The position numbers were made by a program, and so were the translations under genes. Positions 9,493-19,107 of a stretch of 64,000 nt of DNA are shown piece by piece (the stretch's first letter is position 1; each line of letters begins with the position of its first letter). Where the stretch lies: positions 8,080 through 72,079 of the IMG/VR virus record IMGVR_UViG_3300032218_004357. One strand, written 5' to 3'. A model generated the notes under the pieces. That model was given only the letters and a program-made list of their open reading frames with translations, was not told where the DNA came from and searched no databases. The DNA is from a virus (Duplodnaviria > Caudoviricetes).

Positions 9493-10059
9493 ATGCTGCC
9501 GTACGAACCTGTAGGACTCGATCTATCGCTGACGTCTACCGGCATCGCTCTCGGTGACGCGACGTGGACGATCGAAGGCAAGAACCTACGACAGGTGCGA
9601 CGACTCGTCTACATCCGTGACCAGATCCTCGAAGCCCTTGCGAACCACGGGCAACCCGTCGGACCCGACACACCGCCCCTCGTTGCCGTCATCGAAGGGT
9701 ACTCGTTCTCCTCGCGGAACAGCCATGCTCACGCGCTCGGCGAACTCGGCGGGGTTGTACGGGTGGCGCTGCACGAGATCGCCGTGCCGGTCATCGAGGT
9801 ACCGCCGACGTGTCGCGCCAAGTTCGCGACCGGTCGCGGGAACGCGTCGAAGAGCGAAGTCGTCTCGGCCATCAGCGCTCGCACCGGGATCCTCTGGGAT
9901 GGGAGCGGTAACGAGGACCGCTGCGACGCGTGGATCCTGCAGGAAATGGCACGAACCTACATGGGGCACCCTCGCTACGAGTGGCCCGCTACGCATCGTG
10001 CGGCGCTCGACAAGATCGACTGGGACCTCATGCCCCTCGGCACCGAAGGAGCCGCATGA
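9493..10059 (+). CDS. ruvC: RuvC-like Holliday junction resolvase
   Basis: VGLDLSLTSTG, VIEGY, ELGG, KFATGRGNASK, DRCDA catalytic motifs. Confidence 0.88.
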   Translation: MLPYEPVGLDLSLTSTGIALGDATWTIEGKNLRQVRRLVYIRDQILEALANHGQPVGPDTPPLVAVIEGYSFSSRNSHAHALGELGGVVRVALHEIAVPVIEVPPTCRAKFATGRGNASKSEVVSAISARTGILWDGSGNEDRCDAWILQEMARTYMGHPRYEWPATHRAALDKIDWDLMPLGTEGAA

Positions 10060-10415
10060 CCATCGCATCCTCTCGCCGCAACGGCCCGATCTCACAGGTC
10101 GATATCGAAGAGGAGATCCTCCGCCTGCTCACGATGCTCGAGGATGAGACCGAGGCGTTCGAGCGGCTCGCCGAGGATGGAGCGAAGAAGGAAGCCGCCT
10201 ACAAGGCGGAGTGGGCGAAGGCGTACCTATCTGCGCAAGGTTCCATCAAGGAACGCGAATCGTGGGCGGACTACCAACTTGCCGACCACGCGATGCAGTA
10301 CAAGATCGCCGAGAGCCTTGTTAAGGCAAAGCGTGAGAAACTGTCGTCGTTGCGGACATCGCTCGATTCGCTTCGCACGCTTGCGGCAAACGTCCGAGTG
10401 CAGGTCGGCCCATGA
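10056..10415 (+). CDS. Hypothetical helical protein
   Basis: ATGA overlaps with both neighbours. Confidence 0.7.
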   Translation: MTIASSRRNGPISQVDIEEEILRLLTMLEDETEAFERLAEDGAKKEAAYKAEWAKAYLSAQGSIKERESWADYQLADHAMQYKIAESLVKAKREKLSSLRTSLDSLRTLAANVRVQVGP

Positions 10416-10957
10416 TGCCGATGCTGCCAGCCGAAGAGCGTTCCGCAATGGCGATTGCGTATCACGCTGCTGCGCTGTCGCCGGATCCGTCGACACAGAA
10501 CGGCGCGTACGTCATCAACATGATGGACGGTTCGCTGCGTGGCGCCATCGGTCGCAACATGCCCCTACGCGGCAATGCGGTGGACTGGACCAGCGACGCC
10601 AAAAATCATACGATCCATCACGCCGAGGAAGCCGCAATCCTTGCAGCGGCAGCGCACGGGATTCCGACGTTCGGCGCAACCCTGTTTAGTCCGTGGATCG
10701 CCTGCACCCGATGCGCTCGAGCGATCGTGGGGGCTCGTATCGGGCGCGTTGTTGGACATCGAGATCTTGTTCGACAGGCTGCGCTGATCAATCCCAAGTG
10801 GACGCCAGAGATCGCGCGAGGTCTGGAAATGATCGTAAACGCCAACATTGAGATTTCATGGCTTCACGGCAGCATCAACGGATCTACCATTCGTCACGCT
10901 GGAAATCGATGGAATCCGATGTTGTTGAAACTGAACGAGGAAAACTATCGTGACTGA
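10412..10957 (+). CDS. dCMP (deoxycytidylate) deaminase family
   Basis: SPDPS, HAEEAAI and PWIACTRCARAI zinc-deaminase motifs. Confidence 0.85.
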   Translation: MMPMLPAEERSAMAIAYHAAALSPDPSTQNGAYVINMMDGSLRGAIGRNMPLRGNAVDWTSDAKNHTIHHAEEAAILAAAAHGIPTFGATLFSPWIACTRCARAIVGARIGRVVGHRDLVRQAALINPKWTPEIARGLEMIVNANIEISWLHGSINGSTIRHAGNRWNPMLLKLNEENYRD

Positions 10958-11756
10958 CAAGATCCACGAATCACTGCGCGATCTTGCGTTGCCGCTCGAC
11001 GCACTCCAGCCGCTACCCGGGAACCCACGCATCGGCAACGTCGACGCCATCGCCGCGTCGTACGACGAGTTCGGACAGTTGAAGCCCGTCGTCGTTCGGC
11101 CCAACGGCGACGGCACCTACGTCATCATCGCCGGAAACCATCAGGTCGAAGCCTGTAAGCGCCTCGGATGGACGCACATCGCTGCGGTCCAGATGACCGA
11201 CGACAACGAACGCAGCGTCGCGTTCGCTCTGGTCGACAACCGAGTCAGCGACCTTGGGCGTACCGATCAGGCGTTGCTTTACGACATGCTGAACGACGTC
11301 GTCGAGGTGTACCCGATGCTCTTCGATGCCGTCGGGTGGGATGACTTTGAAATGTCGTCGTTCGACGCGCAGATGGAATCCGTCACTGAGGTGTCGAAGG
11401 GGACGGCAGCCGGGTACGTGCCGCCTGTGCTGGTGTCGCGTCCGGGCGACCCGATGCCTGCGGCTCCGGCATTGCCGCCGGTCGAGATCGACGAAGACGC
11501 CGATGAGGATCAGAAGGCGCGGTTTGTGGCTCCGGCACAGATTGATCAGCGGGCGGCTGCGGTGGGGGGCGCATCGGTGACTGGGCAGGTGGCGACGCAG
11601 CGCACCTCCTTCCAGTACACGATCGTGTTCGACGACGCGGATCAGATGAAGCAGTGGTGGGATTTCCTGCGGTGGTTGCGTGGTGATGTAGGGTATGAGG
11701 GCGAGACGATCGCCGCCAAGTTGACGGCATTCATTGACGCTCATAGCAACGTCTAG
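10950..11756 (+). CDS. ParB/Srx N-terminal domain protein
   Basis: LQPLPGNPR, EFGQLKPVVV, IIAGNH, ALVDNRVSDLG. Confidence 0.85.
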   Translation: MTDKIHESLRDLALPLDALQPLPGNPRIGNVDAIAASYDEFGQLKPVVVRPNGDGTYVIIAGNHQVEACKRLGWTHIAAVQMTDDNERSVAFALVDNRVSDLGRTDQALLYDMLNDVVEVYPMLFDAVGWDDFEMSSFDAQMESVTEVSKGTAAGYVPPVLVSRPGDPMPAAPALPPVEIDEDADEDQKARFVAPAQIDQRAAAVGGASVTGQVATQRTSFQYTIVFDDADQMKQWWDFLRWLRGDVGYEGETIAAKLTAFIDAHSNV

Positions 11757-11762
11757 TTATTT

Positions 11763-12203
11763 ATGTACGCAGAGAAATGGATTGGCGTGGATTACGCATA
11801 CGAAACTATGTCGCTTAGTGCGTTCATCGAGCGGTTGTACGACTACTCGATCGGTAAGGCAGAGCCGCGTCGGATCGCGCACGTGGCGGCGGAGCATCTT
11901 GTTGCGCAGCGTGCGGAGATTGAGCGGCTCACCGCTGAGATCGAGCGACTGACCGAAGAACGCGACTACTTGCGGCACGAACTCAATAACGAAACCGACC
12001 GATACATGGCGATGAAGGAAACCAATAGCGTCCACATTGCCGAGATTGAGCGGTTGCGTGCTCTCATCACCGAATGGGCAGAAGCCGACAACGGTGTGAC
12101 CGCCGCTGCCGATGCCCGCCCGTTCGTTCGCGAACCGTACGACGTAGCCATTGAGCGGTGCGACAGGGCATACGACGAGTTGCGTAAGGAGGCAGGACGA
12201 TGA
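11763..12203 (+). CDS. Hypothetical coiled-coil protein (AEIERL repeats)
   Basis: Three AEIERL units; ATGA overlap with the next gene. Confidence 0.55.
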   Translation: MYAEKWIGVDYAYETMSLSAFIERLYDYSIGKAEPRRIAHVAAEHLVAQRAEIERLTAEIERLTEERDYLRHELNNETDRYMAMKETNSVHIAEIERLRALITEWAEADNGVTAAADARPFVREPYDVAIERCDRAYDELRKEAGR

Positions 12204-13375
12204 CCCGCCAACGCATGTTCCTCGACATGTCCTGCGTCGATGCCGCCCGTGAACGCATCCGCCACGTCTACGACACGTTCGACACCGTCTGCGTCCAGTT
12301 CTCCGGCGGCAAGGACAGCACCGCTGCGCTCTACCTCGCCAAAGAGATCCACGAGGAACGCGGCCTTGGGCCCGTCAAGGCCATCTTCCGTGACGAGGAG
12401 ATGGTCTCTCCCCTCGTCATCAAGTTTCTCGAAGAAGTCCGACAGTACGACTGGGTCGACATGGAGTGGTACTGCCTCCCCCAAGGATCCAACATCTGGG
12501 TGCTCGGGCGGCGCGAGTACGTGCTCATGTGGTCGCCGCAACGCGCCGCCGAAGGGCGGCTCGTGCGCGAGATGCCCGACTGGGCGTATCGCGCTGAACA
12601 CTTTGGCCTACCTCCCGACCAGTCGCTTCCCGAGTCCATCGACTACTACACGATGCAGGGCAAGCAGGGTCGGGTCGCGTTCATCACGGGCGTGCGCGCC
12701 AACGAGTCCATGATTCGCTACCGATCGTGCGTGCAGAAACTCCACGAGAACTACATCGTCACCCCGTTCCGGATGAAGAAATCCATTCCGTTGAAGTTCG
12801 CGAAGATCATCTACGACTGGACCAGTGGCGACGTGATGAAGTACCTCGTCGAGGAGCACAACGCGCCCTACTGCGAGTACTACGACTTGGCTGCGATCTC
12901 CGGGTCCAACACGCGCGTCGGGATTCCCCTTCACTCCGTTGCGATCCGCCGCATCGGCGACGTTCTTGCTACCGAGCCGGAGTTCTACGACCGCCTTTAC
13001 GAGTGCTTCCCCCAAATCGACGCGCAGCGTCACCTGTGGTCGCAGGTCGACGTCGATCGGCTCATCGATCAGTACGCAACCGACTGGGATGGGGTTCGTG
13101 ATTTCATCGACGAGCACATCCTGACGCCGGGTCTCCACCTCAACGCAATGAAGTTTGCGAACGAGTACCGCAAGAAGTGGGCGAAAGACGAGTTCTCGTA
13201 CCCGATCGAATGGCTCGTTCGCCAACTGCTGCTCGGGGAGTTCGCGGTCACGTCGGCGACGCCGGTCGGTCCGAAGACTCGAGCCCACACGCGCCGTCTT
13301 GCAGCGCAAGCCGTGCTGGACGAGCAAGCCCAGATGGACGCCAGCAACCTCGACGCACAGGATGATTTCCGATGA
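12200..13375 (+). CDS. ibrA: IbrA-like PAPS-reductase/PP-loop family protein
   Basis: DAARERI...VCVQFSGGKDS PP-loop, TGVRANES.IRY, IYDW, RVGIPLH; paired with a ParB-like gene, as in E. coli ibrAB. Confidence 0.8.
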   Translation: MTRQRMFLDMSCVDAARERIRHVYDTFDTVCVQFSGGKDSTAALYLAKEIHEERGLGPVKAIFRDEEMVSPLVIKFLEEVRQYDWVDMEWYCLPQGSNIWVLGRREYVLMWSPQRAAEGRLVREMPDWAYRAEHFGLPPDQSLPESIDYYTMQGKQGRVAFITGVRANESMIRYRSCVQKLHENYIVTPFRMKKSIPLKFAKIIYDWTSGDVMKYLVEEHNAPYCEYYDLAAISGSNTRVGIPLHSVAIRRIGDVLATEPEFYDRLYECFPQIDAQRHLWSQVDVDRLIDQYATDWDGVRDFIDEHILTPGLHLNAMKFANEYRKKWAKDEFSYPIEWLVRQLLLGEFAVTSATPVGPKTRAHTRRLAAQAVLDEQAQMDASNLDAQDDFR

Positions 13376-13962
13376 TCACGAACGCCAACATCGTCACCGT
13401 TCCTTACGAGGCGCTTCGTCCGGCGCCGTGGCGCAGCACCTACACGTTTCGCCCAGAGGTGCGGTTGTTGACGCAGTCGCTGCGTGACCTCGGTTGGATC
13501 GTGCCGATTGTTGCTCGCGAGGGGACGGGCGAGATTATCGACGGGTTCACCCGGTGGGTGGTGGCGCAGAACGACAAGGCGATCGCGAAGCGCGATGAGC
13601 GGCTCTGTCCGGTCGTGTTCGTGGCCTGCGACGAGGTCGACGCCATGATCCACCATGTTCGATTGAACCGGGCACGGGGGCAGATGCTTGCCTATCCGTT
13701 GTCCAAGTTGGTGTCCCTCGCCATCGGCAGCGGCAAGTACAGCGACGACACGCTTCAGAGCGCGCTGGGCATGACGCGCGACGAGTTCGAAGTGCTGCAA
13801 ATGCGAGAAATCCTTGTCAACAAGACCGTCAAGGAGCACACGTACTCCAAGGCGTGGGTGCCCATCGAGGCCCCTCCAGTCGGCACCATCATCGACGGCA
13901 GCACCGTCAGCGAGATCGCTCACGACATCAACTTCGAGAAGCCGCCCAACGCCGACCGCTAA
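13372..13962 (+). CDS. ibrB: IbrB-like ParB-domain protein
   Basis: SLRDLGWIVPIV, IIDGFTR, HVRLNRARG (IbrB-type HNRARG motif). Confidence 0.78.
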   Translation: MITNANIVTVPYEALRPAPWRSTYTFRPEVRLLTQSLRDLGWIVPIVAREGTGEIIDGFTRWVVAQNDKAIAKRDERLCPVVFVACDEVDAMIHHVRLNRARGQMLAYPLSKLVSLAIGSGKYSDDTLQSALGMTRDEFEVLQMREILVNKTVKEHTYSKAWVPIEAPPVGTIIDGSTVSEIAHDINFEKPPNADR

Positions 13963-14038
13963 GTCCCTGCTGCTGGCGAGATACGGAAAGTGGTAAAGTC
14001 AAGCGTAATTCCGTTCCCGCCTCCAGAGGATCCTCGTC

Positions 14039-14401
14039 ATGGGACAAACTCAAGTTGGTCGCGACACCGAGTTGACGTCGTCGCTCCGTCCGCCGCGACC
14101 GCGACGCCCTCGTCCTCGCGTGCCCAACGAGAGCACGCTTCCCAGCGCAGTCGAGCCGTCCCTCACCCCGCGTACGCCGGGTCCGGCGCCGCGCGTCCCT
14201 CGTCCTCGCCCTCGTCCCCGTCCTCGCCCGAGCACGCCGAGCGTGCCCGGCGGTGGCTCCGGTGGGGGCGGCGGGTCCTCGACGAGCAGTTCTGAGGGCG
14301 GTCGGGTCGGGTTCCTCCGGCGCGTGGCCGCTCGCGCGCTGCGTGCGGGGGCCGGTGCCGTCCGCAAGCGTCGTGAGCGTCGAGCCGCTCGCGGCCGCTA
14401 G
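14039..14401 (+). CDS. Arg/Pro/Gly-rich basic low-complexity protein
   Basis: GAGGA RBS upstream; fills the gap before the neck genes. Composition: PRPRPRPRP, GGGSGGGGG, RKRRERRAARGR. Confidence 0.5.
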   Translation: MGQTQVGRDTELTSSLRPPRPRRPRPRVPNESTLPSAVEPSLTPRTPGPAPRVPRPRPRPRPRPSTPSVPGGGSGGGGGSSTSSSEGGRVGFLRRVAARALRAGAGAVRKRRERRAARGR

Positions 14402-14429
14402 CCCGACCGTCGCTGACCGGGGGTGAGCC

Positions 14430-15050
14430 GTGATCGTCACGGCGGAAGAACTCGCCATCTACATGGACATTCAACGGTTCACGAACCGTCAAGAGGATGT
14501 CGCCAACCTTGTGCTGGCCGGACTTCAGTCCGAGATCGAGACGATCCTCCGGCGTCCGGTCACTATCGACGAATACGTCGAGACCTACACGGTTGACGAG
14601 ACCTACCTCAACGGGCGAGCGTCGTTCTTCCCCATGTCGAACAACGACCTCACCTACCCGATGCCCCCTTACCCGCTGACGCTTCGCAACTCGCCGGTCG
14701 TCGCGATCGGGCAGATCCGTACCCGGAACTACCCCGGGTACGGGATCGGCTGGGTCACCCAGACGCCCGGCGTCGACTACACGGTGCGCCGCTGGGGCGT
14801 CGACCTCTACAAGGTCAACGCTAACGACGAGGTTGAGGTCACCTACACCGCTGGGCTTGACGGTGCCAGCATCCCCTTCATCAAGATCTCGATCCTGCGT
14901 GCGGCAGCACGCGAACTCATCAACCAGATCGACGACGTCGTCGGCATCAAGGACCTGCAGACGCGCGACATCCCGCGCAAGGAGACTGGATTCACCGTCG
15001 ACGAGATTGAAGTCTTCCAGCGCTGGAAGCGTCACCAGATCATTAGTTGA
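14430..15050 (+). CDS. Head-tail connector/adaptor (gp6-like)
   Basis: N-terminal 'IVT.EEL..YM', 'EIETILRRPV', 'VEVTYTAG'; first gene of the neck block. Confidence 0.72.
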   Translation: MIVTAEELAIYMDIQRFTNRQEDVANLVLAGLQSEIETILRRPVTIDEYVETYTVDETYLNGRASFFPMSNNDLTYPMPPYPLTLRNSPVVAIGQIRTRNYPGYGIGWVTQTPGVDYTVRRWGVDLYKVNANDEVEVTYTAGLDGASIPFIKISILRAAARELINQIDDVVGIKDLQTRDIPRKETGFTVDEIEVFQRWKRHQIIS

Positions 15051-15541
15051 TGAGCCCGCAGGTCACCGTCTCCGTTGACGCCTCCGAGGCGCGAGAACTG
15101 TTCGCCAAGACGGCCGATCGCGCGTCGAGTTTCCGCCTCGTGTTCGAGGAGGCACGCGCGTTCATGTCCGCAGCGAACGCCGAAAACTTCGGCACGGGCG
15201 GCCTCCCTGTCGGGGGATGGGCACCACTCCAGCCGGAAACCGCAGCGTGGAAACTGCGTCACGGCGAGCCGCCTACACCGTTGATCGGTGACGGCACCCT
15301 CTTCCGCTCGCTTGTTGATCTGCACGGACCGCCCAACGACGTCAACGCCACGTCGGCGACGTTCGGTACGGACGTCGAGTACGCCCAGTTCCATCAGTAC
15401 GGTGCGCCGCGCGCTCACCTGCCGGTTCGGCGCGTCGTGTTCGAACCGCCCGGGTTCACGAGGATGCTCGAGGAAGCGATCGTGCAGCACTTGGAGCCGG
15501 GTCCAGCCACGATGTCTGATTTGAAGGCGTTGTTCCGATGA
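15050..15541 (+). CDS. Virion morphogenesis protein (Mu gpG/P2 gpS-like)
   Basis: WAPL...T, L...GTL..SL, FGTDVEYAQFHQYG, LPVR motifs. Confidence 0.82.
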   Translation: MSPQVTVSVDASEARELFAKTADRASSFRLVFEEARAFMSAANAENFGTGGLPVGGWAPLQPETAAWKLRHGEPPTPLIGDGTLFRSLVDLHGPPNDVNATSATFGTDVEYAQFHQYGAPRAHLPVRRVVFEPPGFTRMLEEAIVQHLEPGPATMSDLKALFR

Positions 15542-16185
15542 CGTATCGATTCACGGAAGGTGCGGCGACCGCCAAGGCGCTCGTCAACGACTACCTCAAG
15601 TGGGACATCCCGACGCGCATCATGGCGTTCCGTTCTCACTGGGGGCTCGACGACAGTCGCCTTCCCACGCCCGAGCACTTCCACATGTACGAACCGCCTG
15701 CGATCGATCACTGGCCGATGCTCATCACGGTGCAGTTCGGCACGTCACGCATCGAACGTATCGACTACTTTGATGGGATTAATCCGGTCTTTCGTTGCAC
15801 CTATAACATGCGCACGTATCTGTGGGTCAAGCAGGACACGCCGGAGGAAGCCACGGAGACGCGCGACCGCCTCACCGCCGTGCTGCGGAGTGCCTTCCTC
15901 GACACTCCCTCATTCCATCGGTTTACCGATAACGCCGAGCGCGGCATCTACGGGGTGCTCCTCGATGAGAACACCTTGCGCGAGGAGTACTCGGACGTCA
16001 CCTACGTCAAAGGTAATCGTGTGGTTTCCGGAGCGTACCTTGGGTACAGCCTCATGCTTGACGAAGCCGTCATGCGTACTCCTGCCAGTCAAAACCTTGA
16101 GGAAATTGTTGTCTCCTATGACGCTGGTGGAGCGCCTCTTGCGGATATTTCCAAGAACGTCTTTACTCAACATGTAGACGGGTAA
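15538..16185 (+). CDS. Probable tail terminator/neck protein
   Basis: Position between the morphogenesis gene and the sheath; 'WPML' motif and beta-rich pattern. Confidence 0.55.
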   Translation: MTYRFTEGAATAKALVNDYLKWDIPTRIMAFRSHWGLDDSRLPTPEHFHMYEPPAIDHWPMLITVQFGTSRIERIDYFDGINPVFRCTYNMRTYLWVKQDTPEEATETRDRLTAVLRSAFLDTPSFHRFTDNAERGIYGVLLDENTLREEYSDVTYVKGNRVVSGAYLGYSLMLDEAVMRTPASQNLEEIVVSYDAGGAPLADISKNVFTQHVDG

Positions 16186-16310
16186 GCCGTTCCGCCGCAA
16201 TAGCAACATCCGTGCTACTGTGGTCGCGCAGACGCGTAACCGCTGCCAACAACCAGCAACGGTTAGCGCCAAGAATCACTGGCAAGTCGTTCGAAACCCG
16301 AGGAGGGCTG

Positions 16311-17834
16311 ATGCCCGGTCTGGTCGTCACAACCGGCGTGCGAATCGGTGCCACCGGCACCACCGACGCGCCCAGCAGTTCGCTGTTCATCGTCGGTACG
16401 GCGGAGCGCGGCCCGGTGGGCGAGTACCGCCTCATCGAGTCGATGGCGCAGGCGGAGGCGACCTACGGCGGCTACGTGGCCGACTGCACCCTCTACCAGC
16501 ACCTCGAGGTCTTCTTCGAGGAGGGCGGCACCCGGGCGTACGTCGTGCGCGTCTGCGGCGAGGATGGCTCGACGGCCTCGAGCACGGTCTTCGGCACGAA
16601 CTCGCTCATCCTCGAGCCGGTCGGTCAGGGCACGTGGGCCAACGGCGGCAACGGCGGTGCGATCGGCCTTACCGCCGAGATCCTCGACGGCGTGACGCCC
16701 CTCACCCGCCGGATCCGGGTTCGCTACAACAACGAGATCCTCTTCACCTCCGGCGACTGCGGTTCGAACCGTGCGCTCGCCGAGGCGGTGAACGCCAACG
16801 TCGGCACCTACTTCTCGGCGACCTACGACACGACCGACGCGCTCGTGTCGGTCGCTGGCGCTGACTGGGGTACCGACGGCGTTGACGCCAACGGCATCTT
16901 CAATGACGGCGGCCCGGCCGACAGCGTGCTCGTCGGTGCGCTCGGATCCTTCGTGCCCGAACTCGGTGCGGGCGTCGTCGCCATCCCCGAGTACTACGGC
17001 CCGACGATCTGGGACGGCATCCGTCAGCACTGCCTCGACAACAGCCGCATCGGGTTCTGCTCGTTCGCGTCGGACATCACCGCGATCGACGGTACCGGCG
17101 GTGCGATCGACGTCCTCAACTCGGGCGACACCGAGGAGGAGCCCTACTGGGGCACCAACGACGACACCAAGACGAAGGCGTCGGTCCTCGCGTTCTACTG
17201 GCCGTTCGTGACCGCCCCCAACGGTACGGGCGGCACCCGGACGCTCTCCCCGGAGACGTTCGCGGCGGCGGCTCGCTGCCGGGCGCACCTCCAGACCGGC
17301 CCGTGGCGTCCGAACGCGGGCATCATCTCGGCCAGCAAGTTCGTCAACGGGCTCTCCCAGTCCGTCGACTCGGCGACGTCCGACAAGGCCAACGCTGCCC
17401 GCATCAACCCGCTTCGCGTCATCGACGGTGGGGTCCGGGTCTACGGTGCCCGCTCGATCTCGGCTGACGAGACGAACTGGCGGTACATCACCTACCGCGA
17501 CACCCTCAACTACATCGTCGTGGTGGCCGAGAAGCGGCTCGAGCCGTTCATCTTCAACGTCATCGACTCCCGTCGGGTCGTGTTCTCCGACATCAGCGCC
17601 ACCCTCGTGAACCTGCTCGAGCCGCTCCGTGCGGCCGGTGGTCTCTACGAGGGCAAGGACGCCTCCGGGAACACCACCGACCGGGGTTACGTCGTGGAGG
17701 TCTCTGACGCTCTCAACCCGCAGGCGCAACTTGCTTCGGGCACCATCGCGGCCAAGGTCGGGGTCCGCGTGTCGAGCGTCGGCGAGACGATCAACCTCCT
17801 CATCACGAAGTCCAACCTGACCACGGCAATCTGA
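16311..17834 (+). CDS. Contractile tail sheath protein
   Basis: AGGAGG RBS; MPG start, GTAERGP, FFEEGG.RAYVVR, FYWP, RINPLR, VYGARS, WRYI..R. Confidence 0.92.
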   Translation: MPGLVVTTGVRIGATGTTDAPSSSLFIVGTAERGPVGEYRLIESMAQAEATYGGYVADCTLYQHLEVFFEEGGTRAYVVRVCGEDGSTASSTVFGTNSLILEPVGQGTWANGGNGGAIGLTAEILDGVTPLTRRIRVRYNNEILFTSGDCGSNRALAEAVNANVGTYFSATYDTTDALVSVAGADWGTDGVDANGIFNDGGPADSVLVGALGSFVPELGAGVVAIPEYYGPTIWDGIRQHCLDNSRIGFCSFASDITAIDGTGGAIDVLNSGDTEEEPYWGTNDDTKTKASVLAFYWPFVTAPNGTGGTRTLSPETFAAAARCRAHLQTGPWRPNAGIISASKFVNGLSQSVDSATSDKANAARINPLRVIDGGVRVYGARSISADETNWRYITYRDTLNYIVVVAEKRLEPFIFNVIDSRRVVFSDISATLVNLLEPLRAAGGLYEGKDASGNTTDRGYVVEVSDALNPQAQLASGTIAAKVGVRVSSVGETINLLITKSNLTTAI

Positions 17835-17850
17835 GCAAGGAGTACGCAGG

Positions 17851-18345
17851 ATGGCAAAACTCTCCCAGCGGCAGGTCGTTGCCAAGGTCGTGGCTCACCG
17901 CGACGGCAACGGTGTTGCCACGGAGCCGTTCGACTGGGACACCGGTCTCACGGCCGATGGTCTCCAGCGGCAGTACTTCGCTCAGGTGACCGGCGGTGCC
18001 GTGCAGGCCTCGGTGCAGAAGGTCTACGACGGCGGTTCGACGTTCCCCGAGGTGCTCCCGGCGCCGCTCGAGGTCGGTGACCTCACGGTGACTCGCCACT
18101 ACGACCCGGACTCCGACGGTGCTCAGTTGGAGTACTACCGGAACCGGGTGGGCAAGGCGCGCTTCGACATCAACGTCTACACGCTCGACGCGGATCACCA
18201 GCCGATCGGGAAGACCCGGCTCTATCCGAACGCGCTTCTCGTGAACCTCACCGATCCGGACGGCGATGCCGCGGGTGGCGGTCCGGCGACGTTCTCGCTG
18301 ACCTTCGCCATCTCGACGGTGGCGACGTCGGCGGCGAGCGCCTAG
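17851..18345 (+). CDS. Tail tube protein
   Basis: Follows the sheath; FAQVTGG, DLTVTR.YD motifs typical of gp19-like tubes. Confidence 0.8.
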   Translation: MAKLSQRQVVAKVVAHRDGNGVATEPFDWDTGLTADGLQRQYFAQVTGGAVQASVQKVYDGGSTFPEVLPAPLEVGDLTVTRHYDPDSDGAQLEYYRNRVGKARFDINVYTLDADHQPIGKTRLYPNALLVNLTDPDGDAAGGGPATFSLTFAISTVATSAASA

Positions 18346-18349
18346 TCCG

Positions 18350-18517
18350 ATGCCGCGAAACCCGGTTCCCGGTCGGGCGAAGCCCGCTGCTGCTCCGGCT
18401 GAGGCGGCGACCCCGCCGAAGCGGGTGGTGCGCGCGCCGAAGGTGGACGAGACGATCGAGGTGGTGCCCGCTGCCGAGGTGGCGGACACGCCCGCTGAGG
18501 ACGCTCCGGCCTCCTGA
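18350..18517 (+). CDS. 55-aa Pro/Ala/Glu-rich protein (not in the ORF track)
   Basis: Manual translation MPRNPVPGRAKPAAAPAEAATPPKRVVRAPKVDETIEVVPAAEVADTPAEDAPAS; fills the gap between tube and chaperone. Confidence 0.5.
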   Translation: MPRNPVPGRAKPAAAPAEAATPPKRVVRAPKVDETIEVVPAAEVADTPAEDAPAS

Positions 18518-18570
18518 AATCTGGCGGGTAACGCTGGCGTTAGCGATGCGCTGCTGCTATGGTGGCGCCC

Positions 18571-19107
18571 ATGACTGACGCTGAAGACATCATCACTACT
18601 CCGACGCCGTCGCGGGCTGGCAAGGCTCCGGCATCACACAACGATGTTCGAGATGTCGGGGAAACCCCGAAGATCCTCGACCAGTTGCGGTCGGAGTTGA
18701 AGAAGAAGGTTCGTCGGCCCGACGTCTACCTTGAGGTGCCGGAGCGGCCGAGCATGGCGGTCCGGTTCTCGCCGAACATCACGCAGCACCAGATCAGTGC
18801 GTGGCGCCGAAACTCGGGCGAGAACTCGAAGGCGGGTCTCGACTCGGTGAAGTTCGCCTGCTACGTGCTGGCGAACACCTGCACCGGGCTGCTCCTCGAC
18901 AACGAGATGGTCCTCGACGAGGACGGGGTCGAGGTGACGTTCAGCAGTGAGCACGTCATCGAGATGCTCGACGTGACGACGGTGTCGGATGCGATCCGGG
19001 CGGTGTTCGTGGTCGAGCCGCACGTCGAGGCGGCTGCGCTCGCCGTGATGGAGGCTGCCGGGTACAACGACTCGGTCGAGCAGGTGGACCCTACCAAGAC
19101 GCCGTAG
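18571..19107 (+). CDS. Tail assembly chaperone (gpG analogue)
   Basis: Position between tube and tape measure; ends ...EQVDPTKTP. Confidence 0.75.
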   Translation: MTDAEDIITTPTPSRAGKAPASHNDVRDVGETPKILDQLRSELKKKVRRPDVYLEVPERPSMAVRFSPNITQHQISAWRRNSGENSKAGLDSVKFACYVLANTCTGLLLDNEMVLDEDGVEVTFSSEHVIEMLDVTTVSDAIRAVFVVEPHVEAAALAVMEAAGYNDSVEQVDPTKTP

